NCBI GenBank assembly: GCA_965242515.1 | Contig: OZ251448.1 | Location: forward strand, 326,512 to 390,511 | DNA length: 64,000 nucleotides | Direction of reading: 5' to 3' | Source: Bdellovibrionales bacterium | GTDB lineage: Bacteria; Bdellovibrionota; Bdellovibrionia; Bdellovibrionales; UBA1609 | Part shown: positions 8,417 to 16,028 of the stretch, piece after piece | How positions within the stretch are numbered: the first letter of the stretch is position 1 | How the letters are laid out: every line of letters starts with the position of its first letter | Notes under the pieces: generated by a model | What the model was told of the DNA's origin: nothing | Seen by the model: the letters and a program-made list of their open reading frames with translations, nothing else | Databases searched by the model: none | Program-made: the position numbers and the translations under genes

Positions 8417-9142
8417 ATGCAATTAAGTAACTTTAGGGCAATAAATAAAAAAATAAGAAACATTATTATTTTACTACTTGTAGTACTGATGTCGGCTTGT
8501 CATTTAGTGGGAAGGCGAAATAATAACAACAACTCTCAAAACAGACCTTCAGGGCAAACTCAAGCAGGGCAAGTGCCAGCTAACAACAGGCTTGCTCAGT
8601 CCAACCAAAATGCACAGGGTGGAGGGAATGTGCCATCTACTGTGGCAAATGGTTCGGGTGGTGGCAATCGTCGTCGGGTGATTAGCAGTCCTCATTGTTC
8701 TTGGGGTTTTGTAGGACCTAAAAAAATACATTGTTTAAACAACACTTATGTTTATGGTTCTGTTATATGTGGCATAGATTCTCACAAAGTATTTTGCCAA
8801 GAGCAATTTACCACTGATATCCGACTTTGCATTGCAGACAATGCACCCAACACTTTAACTTGCGAGCAACAAACAAGGGGGGTAAGAAGTGGTAGTTCCT
8901 CATCAGGTGGCAATCAACCAGAGGTATCAGAAATACCCGACCCTAGTTGTAATTGGGGTTTTGTAGGACCAAGGCGAGTGCAGTGTCGTGGTAAAACTTA
9001 TATATATTCTCCTTCTGTAATATGTAGTTCAAAAATTTACGATCAAATATTTTGCGAGGCACGGTTTATCTATAACATCAATCTTTGTAAGGGAGATAAC
9101 CAGCCGGACACCATAAATTGCTTTCATCAGAATTTTCCATAA
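8417..9142 (+). CDS. putative lipoprotein with two Cys-rich repeat domains
   Basis: Lipobox VLMSAC and a Gly/Asn/Gln-rich linker. Two ~60-aa repeats: (P)xCxWGFVGP(K/R)(K/R)(I/V)xC...TY(V/I)Y...VIC...FC...LC..DN.P(N/D)T(L/I).C. Confidence 0.6.
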   Translation: MQLSNFRAINKKIRNIIILLLVVLMSACHLVGRRNNNNNSQNRPSGQTQAGQVPANNRLAQSNQNAQGGGNVPSTVANGSGGGNRRRVISSPHCSWGFVGPKKIHCLNNTYVYGSVICGIDSHKVFCQEQFTTDIRLCIADNAPNTLTCEQQTRGVRSGSSSSGGNQPEVSEIPDPSCNWGFVGPRRVQCRGKTYIYSPSVICSSKIYDQIFCEARFIYNINLCKGDNQPDTINCFHQNFP

Positions 9143-9151
9143 ACACCGAAG

Positions 9152-9433
9152 CTAGGAGTGGTGGCTTTGAATATCCACAATAGTTTTGTGTTTTTTTTGT
9201 GCATTGCACGCCTTACAAGCTACAACGATATTGTTTTTCGTACTATGCCCTCCACGCACTAGTGGGATAACATGGTCCATACTAAGCATTTTTTTACAAA
9301 ATGTTTTTTGGCAATAGTAGCACACTTGGGCTTGCAGTTTAGTTTGCCACCATTTAGTTTTTTTTAGTTTTTGAGCTTTTGCCCTTTGTTTTTTGATATG
9401 TTGAGGGGGGGCTGGCACAAACAAATTTTGCAT
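9152..9433 (-). CDS. small HNH endonuclease
   Basis: CYYCQ...DHVIPLVRGGHSTKNNIVVACKACNAQK is a canonical HNH/Zn-finger pattern. 93 aa. Confidence 0.8.
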   Translation of the reverse strand: MQNLFVPAPPQHIKKQRAKAQKLKKTKWWQTKLQAQVCYYCQKTFCKKMLSMDHVIPLVRGGHSTKNNIVVACKACNAQKKHKTIVDIQSHHS

Positions 9434-9477
9434 AATGTTATTTTGTAATAAAAGTTATATATAGTAAAGTATTCTTT

Positions 9478-11160
9478 ATGTTTGTTTTTAAACCTAGTCA
9501 GTATCAGGTGCCATTTAAGGGTAAAGATTTTTTACAATCCTCCCCTCAAAAACCAGATTTAGAGCTAGATGTGTTATTTATTGGAGGGGGACCTGCGGGG
9601 TTAAGTGGTGCTATTCGGTTAAAGCAATTATGCCAAAAGCATAATTTATCTAATATTCAAGTGGGGGTAATGGAAAAGTCGGCTCAATTCGGGGGGCATA
9701 TTTTATCAGGGGCGGTTATCAACCCTGTGGCTTTTCACAGCTTGTTTCCAGATGTGAAGGATTTACCTTTTCGCCAAAAGGTGAAAAAAGAAAAGCTATT
9801 TTTTCTCACAAAGAATAAGAAAATACCTTTACCACTTCCTCCTACCATGAAAAACAAGAACTTTTACACAGCCTCTCTTTGTGAAGTTATCCGTTGGATG
9901 GCAAAAAAAGCCACTCAATTAGATATTACTCTTATGCCTGCTTTTACGGCACACAAGCTATTAGTACAAGACAACAAAGTCAAAGGCATTAGCACTTATC
10001 CGTCTGGTTTAAATAAAGATGCTACTCCTTCAAGCTCTTATCAAAAACCTGTGAGTGTGCAAACAAAATTATTGATTTTAGCAGACGGTTGCCGTGGGCA
10101 TTTATCTCAAGCTTGGAGGGAGTGGAAAAACATTCCTTCCCACTACCCTGCAACTTATGCATTAGGGGTAAAAGAAATATGGGAGTTAGCTCATCCCTTG
10201 CACAATAAACACACTATTTATCACACAATGGGTTGGCCCTTGCCATCAAATTGTTTTGGTGGTGCATGGCTTTATCCTTTAGATAGCAAAACACTTTCTT
10301 TAGGTATGGTGGCAGGGTTGGATTCCTCTCTTCAAAATTTAGATGTGCATTTAAAATTGCAACAATTAAAAACTCACCCTTTGTTTGCAGATATTTTAAA
10401 AAATGGCAAATGTATAGAGTGGGGGGCAAAAACCATACCTGAAGGAGGTTACCATAGTATACCTCAAAGGTTATGTGATGATGGTCTTTTAATAGCAGGC
10501 GACAGTGCCAATATGGTTAATGTACCTGCTTTAAAAGGTATTCATTATGCGATAACAGCTGGTATGCTGACAGCTCAAACTGCACTTTCTGCTTTAAAAG
10601 CTAATGACTTTTCTTATTCTGTACTGAAAGAATATGAACACAAAGTACGACACAAAAGTTGCATTGGAAAAGAGCTGTACCCCGTACGCAATGTGCGTCA
10701 GGCTTTTCGTAAAAATCTTTTTTTGGGGCTTGTGCAATCTGGAATGATGTTTTTAACCAAAGGCATGTTCCCTCCTGACAGAAAAGCACTCTTTAGTAAA
10801 AAAGAAGATAACAAAACAGAGGATGCATATAAAACCCGTCACACACAAACAATTAACACTTCTGACAGTCAAAGTAGTGTAAATAGTGCAAGCACTACGA
10901 TTAACAAAACAACAGCTGTATATTTATCGGGTAATAAAACTCGTGATGATATTCCGATGCATTTAAAAAGCAAGTCTATTGTGCCTAAAGAGGTGCAAAA
11001 GTTTTATACTTCTATGTGTCCGGCGGGGGTGTATGAGCAAAAAGACGAGCAATTTATTATCAATGCTCCAAATTGTGTTGACTGTAAAGCGACAGATATT
11101 TTAGGTCCTCGTTGGACACCCAAAGAAGGTGGCACAGGTCCTAACTACCAAAAAATGTAA
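9478..11160 (+). CDS. electron-transfer flavoprotein:ubiquinone oxidoreductase (ETF-QO)
   Basis: N-terminal FAD fold DVLFIGGGPAGLSGA. C-terminal 4Fe-4S region CPAGVYE...NCVDCKATDI...WTPKEGGTGPNYQKM. Length 560 aa. Confidence 0.85.
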   Translation: MFVFKPSQYQVPFKGKDFLQSSPQKPDLELDVLFIGGGPAGLSGAIRLKQLCQKHNLSNIQVGVMEKSAQFGGHILSGAVINPVAFHSLFPDVKDLPFRQKVKKEKLFFLTKNKKIPLPLPPTMKNKNFYTASLCEVIRWMAKKATQLDITLMPAFTAHKLLVQDNKVKGISTYPSGLNKDATPSSSYQKPVSVQTKLLILADGCRGHLSQAWREWKNIPSHYPATYALGVKEIWELAHPLHNKHTIYHTMGWPLPSNCFGGAWLYPLDSKTLSLGMVAGLDSSLQNLDVHLKLQQLKTHPLFADILKNGKCIEWGAKTIPEGGYHSIPQRLCDDGLLIAGDSANMVNVPALKGIHYAITAGMLTAQTALSALKANDFSYSVLKEYEHKVRHKSCIGKELYPVRNVRQAFRKNLFLGLVQSGMMFLTKGMFPPDRKALFSKKEDNKTEDAYKTRHTQTINTSDSQSSVNSASTTINKTTAVYLSGNKTRDDIPMHLKSKSIVPKEVQKFYTSMCPAGVYEQKDEQFIINAPNCVDCKATDILGPRWTPKEGGTGPNYQKM

Positions 11161-11235
11161 CACAAAAAAAGGTAAGAGAATATGATTGGAAGGCATTGCC
11201 ACGAAAGTATCTTCAGAGCAATAAATTAAAGAATG

Positions 11236-11460
11236 TTATGTGGTTATGTCTTTTTTTATTTTTTGTGCTATATGTTTTGCAAAATTAACAGGCACAGCAT
11301 TACCTATTATTTTATATCCGTGGGCTATATGTACATATTTAAAGATAAAATCATCTGGGAATGTTTGAATTCTTGCACATTCTCTAACAGACAGGCGTCT
11401 ATATTTGTTTTCTTTTCCTGGACAAAGATTCTTTTGTTTTGAGAAATAAATTGCATTTTT
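11236..11460 (-). pseudogene. C-terminal remnant of a DNA (cytosine-5) methyltransferase
   Basis: The minus-strand open frame has no start codon. It encodes ...[24 protein letters not shown]...[21 protein letters not shown], which is C5-MTase motifs IX-X only. Three stops lie immediately upstream, and motifs I-VIII are absent. Confidence 0.75.
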
Positions 11461-11480
11461 TTACTATAAGGCTTAAAAAT

Positions 11481-11680
11481 CTCAATTTCTGCTCAAAAAT
11501 ACTCATTTTTGAGCAGGTTCTGTAGTATCTTCTCAAAAAAGTTGATTTTTGAGCAGGTTCTGTAGTATCTTCTCAAAAAGAGTGATTTTTGAGCAGGTTC
11601 TGTAGTATCTTCTCAAAAAAGTTGATTTTTGAGCAGGTTCTGTAGTATATTCTCAAAAAGAGTGATTTTTGAGCAGGTTT
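11481..11680 (+). repeat. 5 x 40-bp direct repeat array, each unit with an internal inverted repeat
   Basis: Period 40 bp exactly (11521, 11561, 11601, 11641). Unit: tctcaaaaa(a/g)(g/a)(t/g)tgatttttgagcaggttctgtagtatct. IR: ctcaaaaa-N5/6-tttttgag. Ends 45 bp before the fic start. Confidence 0.95.
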
Positions 11681-11724
11681 GAAGTAGCCTTGTTTAAGAA
11701 TTAACTTTATGAGAGTTATTTTAT

Positions 11725-12777
11725 ATGAAAGTTTTAATACCTTTACCTACAAGAGTTCAATTAGAAGCTCATAGTATTGTAAAAGAGCTAATATTAGCTC
11801 ATCGCTACTTAGCAGAGCTTAAAGGGATTATTCCTATTTTACCCAATGAAGATATTTTACTTTCTAATTTAGTTTTAAAAGAAGCACAAGATAGCTCCGC
11901 TATTGAAAATATTGTAACCACTCAAGATAGTTTATATAAATATCAACTGAATATGGACTCTAAACCTACAGCTGATAAAGAAGTGTATTGTTATAAAAAA
12001 GCTTTAAAATTAGCTTATGGACAAATTAAAAAACAAGGGGGTTTATCTCGCAATACTATTTTACACATTCAAAGCATTATAGAACCAAAGCGTTCGGGTT
12101 TTCGTAAAGTCCCTGGGACGGTTATTAAAAACACTGCTACCAATCAAGTTATTTATACTCCTCCATCACCTGAAAAAATACCATCTCTTATGGATCAATT
12201 AGAAAAATTTATTCATAATACAAATTCTATAGACCCTATTATAAAAATGGCTATCATTCATCATTATTTTGAGAGCATTCATCCTTTTTATGATGGCAAT
12301 GGTAGAACAGGTCGTATTATCAATATTCTTTATTTAATCCAAAACAATCTTTTAGACAGCCCTGTATTATATCTTAGTAAATATATTTTAAAATATCGAT
12401 CTAATTATTATAAGCTTTTACAAGAAGTAAGAAAAAAAGAATATTGGACTAATTGGATTATATATATATTACGATCAGTTTCTCATACAGCAAAAGACAC
12501 TATACAATTAATTAAACAAATTAATTCTTTATTTAAAGATTATAAATATAGTATTCGTAAAAATCATAAATTTTATTCTCATGATTTAATTAATAATATA
12601 TTTACTTATCCTTATACAAAAGTTAAGCTTTTAGAGAAAGAAATAAAAGTATCACGAGCAACAGCTACTCGTTATTTAGATTTATTGGCACAAGATGGTG
12701 TTTTAAAAAAACAAAATATAGGACGAAAAAGCTATTATGTTAATACTAAGTTACTTAATTTATTACAAAAATGTTAA
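11725..12777 (+). CDS. fic: Fic family protein (AMPylase-type) with N-terminal inhibitory motif and C-terminal wHTH
   Basis: Fic motif HPFYDGNGRTGR. N-terminal SSAIEN matches the (S/T)xxxE(G/N) auto-inhibition motif. The C-terminal region SRATATRYLDLLAQDGVLKK is wHTH-like. Confidence 0.85.
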   Translation: MKVLIPLPTRVQLEAHSIVKELILAHRYLAELKGIIPILPNEDILLSNLVLKEAQDSSAIENIVTTQDSLYKYQLNMDSKPTADKEVYCYKKALKLAYGQIKKQGGLSRNTILHIQSIIEPKRSGFRKVPGTVIKNTATNQVIYTPPSPEKIPSLMDQLEKFIHNTNSIDPIIKMAIIHHYFESIHPFYDGNGRTGRIINILYLIQNNLLDSPVLYLSKYILKYRSNYYKLLQEVRKKEYWTNWIIYILRSVSHTAKDTIQLIKQINSLFKDYKYSIRKNHKFYSHDLINNIFTYPYTKVKLLEKEIKVSRATATRYLDLLAQDGVLKKQNIGRKSYYVNTKLLNLLQKC

Positions 12778-12884
12778 AAGAATGTATTTTATGGCGTAAT
12801 TTGTAAGGTTTGCCGAACAGCCTTGTATATTATAATTAATGGTTTTTTGTTAAATTAAATGATATATTTCTCTCCATAGTCATT

Positions 12885-12975
12885 CCTTTGGAAAAGGGAA
12901 TCCAAAATGTACCTTTTACGCGTACAATCCTGGATTCCTGCCTTCGCAGGAATGACCACTGACGAAAAAATATCA
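12885..12975 (+). repeat. family F repeat (cattcc..ggaatcc / ggattcctgccttcgcaggaatgac hairpin pair)
   Basis: Shares its flanks with 37451..37620. The internal 28-bp core (12904..12931) is inverted relative to that copy. Confidence 0.85.
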
Positions 12976-12987
12976 CTTTAAATTAAA

Positions 12988-13065
12988 GAGCGGGAGGGGA
13001 ATATTTTAAGGGTCCAAGCCCCCAAAGGGGGTTGCAGGCGTCCCTATAAAATCTTCCCCTCTCGC
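12988..13065 (+). repeat. family C hairpin repeat
   Basis: gagcgggaggggaatattttaagggtccaagcccccaaagggggttgcaggcgtccctataaaatcttcccctctcgc. The outer arms gggaggggaa / ttcccctc are complementary. Related copies at 25328, 30781, 35888, 37838, 29655(-) and 35637(-). Confidence 0.85.
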
Positions 13066-13128
13066 TTTGTGTTTGGTTTAATTTTATATGTTTTGAATTG
13101 TACGCTTTTACAAACTGTATATTATACT

Positions 13129-13260
13129 GACTTGATAAGACTTGATAAGACTTGATAAGACTTGATAAGACTTGATAAGACTTGATAAGACTTGATAAGA
13201 CTTAAACTACTCATATTAGCAATTATAAATATTTTTTCATAAATTGCAAGCTTTTGTTTA
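13129..13260 (+). repeat. family G: 7 x gacttgataa tandem repeat plus conserved ~55-bp tail
   Basis: gacttgataa x7 (13129..13198), then gacttaaactactcatattagcaattataaatattttttcataaattgcaag. A second copy with 9 units is at 19722. Confidence 0.95.
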
Positions 13261-13331
13261 AAAAACTACAATATAACTAGACTTTCTATCTGTTTTTTAC
13301 TTATACTACAATAAGAAAAATAACTTTAAGC

Positions 13332-14132
13332 TTACGGCAATAAACCACATGCCCTTAACTCTTCGTTAGATAATGTACTAGCATATTGCTTTGCTTGCTC
13401 TAAATCCTTCTTCGCATCACTTAACTCCAATAGGTCAGGACGCCTCTTTGCCGTTAATAAAATAGATACAAAATACTGAAACCGCTTAATGTCCCCATCA
13501 TGACCTGAACGCAAAAGCTCCGGCACAACATGCCCTTCAATGTGCCAAGGTCTTGTCCACTGCGGACACTCTAATAAATTCTGATTTTCAAAACTTTCAT
13601 AAGTGCTAGATAACTCATTACCCAAAACCCCCTTCACAAAACGACAAAGCGAATCTAATATCACTAAAACCGCCCCCTCACCACCTGTTAAAATGTAATT
13701 ACCAATGGATACCTCCTCATCCACTAACTCGTTTATAACCCTCTGATCAATGCCCCCATAACGACCACATATCAATGTATACTCCTTACCCTCCCTCGCC
13801 CACTGGCGAGCTAAACTGTGATCCCATAACCTCCCCTGCGGACTTAAATAACATACCAAACCTTTAGAAGGTAGTGCACTAATAGCCCTCTTCAAAGGCT
13901 CATACCTAAGTAACATCCCATCCCCACCACTAAAAGGTCTGTCATCTACCCTCCGATACTTGTCATCCGTAAAATCCCTAGGATTAGTAAAATCTACCTC
14001 CAATAACCCCGAACGAATAGCCCTCCCCACTACACCCACCCCCAACGGCGAGCGAAAATAATCCGGAAATAAACTCACAACATGTACTTTTAATTCGGTT
14101 TTTAAATTCGGTATAGTTACTTTTTTTATCAC
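13332..14132 (-). CDS. trmD: tRNA (guanine37-N1)-methyltransferase
   Basis: VVSLFPDYF, CGRYGGIDQRV and SIGNYILTGGE are TrmD blocks. The track start is a GTG lying inside the family E repeat, so the true start is uncertain. Confidence 0.9.
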   Translation of the reverse strand: MIKKVTIPNLKTELKVHVVSLFPDYFRSPLGVGVVGRAIRSGLLEVDFTNPRDFTDDKYRRVDDRPFSGGDGMLLRYEPLKRAISALPSKGLVCYLSPQGRLWDHSLARQWAREGKEYTLICGRYGGIDQRVINELVDEEVSIGNYILTGGEGAVLVILDSLCRFVKGVLGNELSSTYESFENQNLLECPQWTRPWHIEGHVVPELLRSGHDGDIKRFQYFVSILLTAKRRPDLLELSDAKKDLEQAKQYASTLSNEELRACGLLP

Positions 14133-14296
14133 TTAGTTACTTCCTCCCAATACAGTTACTCAGTATCAACCCTTATGCTCGATACTTTTTTGCTTTATTT
14201 TGTAAATTCAATATAGTTACTTTTTCTATCACTTAGTTGCTTCCCCCCAATACAGTTACTCAGTATCAACCCTTACGCTCGATACTTTTTTGCTTC
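14088..14296 (-). promoter_or_regulatory. family E leader-like repeat, two tandem ~100-bp units immediately 5' of trmD
   Basis: Units 14104..14196 and 14204..14296. Each reads aaattc(gg/aa)tatagttacttttt(t/c)tatcacttagtt(a/g)cttcc(t/c)cccaatacagttactcagtatcaaccctta(t/c)gctcgatacttttttgc. Confidence 0.8.
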
Positions 14297-14317
14297 AAAA
14301 ATAAATACTTCTTTTGA

Positions 14318-14433
14318 GTAGAAGGGGAAAAACCATGCTCAAAACGAGTTCGGATTTGATACAAAGTAGTAAGCTGAAAGCTTAACACTTTTGCGGTAAA
14401 CCGCAGTCCAAAGATTTTGAGCTCGGTTTTTTT
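14318..14433 (+). repeat. family A element
   Basis: gtagaaggggaaaaaccatgctcaaaacgagttcggatttgatacaaagtagtaagctgaaagcttaacacttttgcggtaaaccgc...ggttttttt. Confidence 0.9.
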
Positions 14434-14517
14434 ATTCATACAACCCACAAAAAAATCGCCCTTTCTCGCCGTGATTAATTACATACAAGACACTTTTTGT
14501 CGTCCCAAGCTTTTGAA

Positions 14518-15957
14518 CTATTTTTTTATCTTCTGTAAATAATACCTTAAAGCCTCCTTGACTTTTCCACTCAGCAGTAAAACCCCAATTAAATTAGGTA
14601 AAGCCATACTTAATATCATAAGATCACTAAATTGAATGGCATTTTTAGAAGTAGCAATAGAACTCATAAACACAATCACTAACAATATTATCTTGTAAAT
14701 AAAAGACTTAGAATCACTAAATAAAAACACAAAACACCTTTCCCCATAATATGCCCAAGATATAATAGTAGAAAAAGCAAACAAAAACACTGCCACACTT
14801 AATAATATAGGGAACCAACTAACCACCTCACCCATAGCTTGAGAAGTTAAAGCCGCACCCTTTTGATGACTCACTAAATCAGCATAATCCGGATTACCAA
14901 CCACACCCGTAATAATAATCACTAAAGCTGTCATTGTGCATATACATACGGTGTCAATAAAAGGCTCTAATAAGGCGACACTCCCCTCCTCCACCGGGTG
15001 CTTTACCTTAGCTACGGAATGAGCAATAGCAGCAGAACCTAAACCCGCCTCGTTAGAAAAAGCCGCCCTCTGCACTCCTGTAACCAACACACCAATAAAA
15101 CCACCATAAGCACTATTAACAGGAGAATAAAAAGCCCCTTCAATAATAGACCATAACGCTTGTGGAATATGATCGTAATGAGCAATTAAAATAAATAATG
15201 ACATTAAAATATACATGCCACACATAAAAGGCACAATTCGACTAGCCGTTACCGCTATACTCTTAATACCCTTCAATATCACACTGGATACTAATAAAGT
15301 CATAATAATACCATATATCCACCCATGCTTATCCATAGCTGGTATAATTTGTGCCACAGCATGCATCGACTGATTAACCTGAAAAGCCGTGCCACCTCCA
15401 AAAGACCCACCTATACACATTAAACAAAATGCAATAGCAAGTAACCTGCCTAAACCACTAAACCCTATCTCTGATAAACCTTTCTGCAAATAAACCATAG
15501 GACCACCCATAAGCTTTCCGTCTAACCTCTTTTCTCGATACATAACCCCTAAAGTGCATTCTGTAAATTTCACATTCATACCCAATAAACCCATAACAAT
15601 CATCCAAAAAGTAGCCCCCGGACCACCAACAATAATCGCTACCGCAACCCCCGCAATATTACCTAAACCAACGGTGGCCGATAAAGCCGTGCTTAAAGCT
15701 TTAAAATGACTGATCTCACCTAATTTCTCTGTTGAAGTAGCTTTTATAGATTGCACAACTAATTTAATAGCGTGAAAAAATAAACGAAAATTGACAAACC
15801 TCATTTTAATAGTGAAAATCACACTCGCTGTAAAAATAACAAACACTATGAGGGGACATTTAATACCATCTACAAAAAACAATACATCAAAGAAAAAAAC
15901 CTTGGTTATAACCGCATTCACTTGGCTGAAAATATTGTTGATAAATTGCTGAATCAT
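14518..15957 (-). CDS. alanine/glycine:cation symporter (AGCS family)
   Basis: 479 aa polytopic membrane protein with AGCS blocks LGNIAGVAVAIIVGGPGATFWM and FSNEAGLGSAAIAHS. Confidence 0.85.
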   Translation of the reverse strand: MIQQFINNIFSQVNAVITKVFFFDVLFFVDGIKCPLIVFVIFTASVIFTIKMRFVNFRLFFHAIKLVVQSIKATSTEKLGEISHFKALSTALSATVGLGNIAGVAVAIIVGGPGATFWMIVMGLLGMNVKFTECTLGVMYREKRLDGKLMGGPMVYLQKGLSEIGFSGLGRLLAIAFCLMCIGGSFGGGTAFQVNQSMHAVAQIIPAMDKHGWIYGIIMTLLVSSVILKGIKSIAVTASRIVPFMCGMYILMSLFILIAHYDHIPQALWSIIEGAFYSPVNSAYGGFIGVLVTGVQRAAFSNEAGLGSAAIAHSVAKVKHPVEEGSVALLEPFIDTVCICTMTALVIIITGVVGNPDYADLVSHQKGAALTSQAMGEVVSWFPILLSVAVFLFAFSTIISWAYYGERCFVFLFSDSKSFIYKIILLVIVFMSSIATSKNAIQFSDLMILSMALPNLIGVLLLSGKVKEALRYYLQKIKK

Positions 15958-16028
15958 AGTTACTTTATTCTGTTATAAGATGCTAATACGAACAAGAAGA
16001 TTTATTTTATTTAGCCCTAAGTCGTAAT

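Noticed and set aside
11233-11442. 69-aa plus-strand ORF.
   Set aside because: It is antisense to the C5-methyltransferase remnant, whose conserved motifs on the minus strand explain the open frame.
11481-11680. Considered whether the 40-bp repeat array is a CRISPR array.
   Set aside because: The units are contiguous with no unique spacers, the period is 40 bp in total, and no cas genes are nearby. It is a tandem direct repeat or operator-like array.
13275-13290. The recurrent motif ctagactt in several intergenic regions (about 8285, 13278, 19881, 61319 and 63137), considered as a promoter -10 or terminator element.
   Set aside because: Its orientation relative to neighbouring genes is inconsistent, and the motif is short enough to recur by chance in AT-rich DNA.
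14266-14448. 60-aa ORF, and likewise 50511..50792, both containing YQIRTRFE.
   Set aside because: They are read-through of family A elements in intergenic DNA. They are useful only as evidence that this frame of the element is open.
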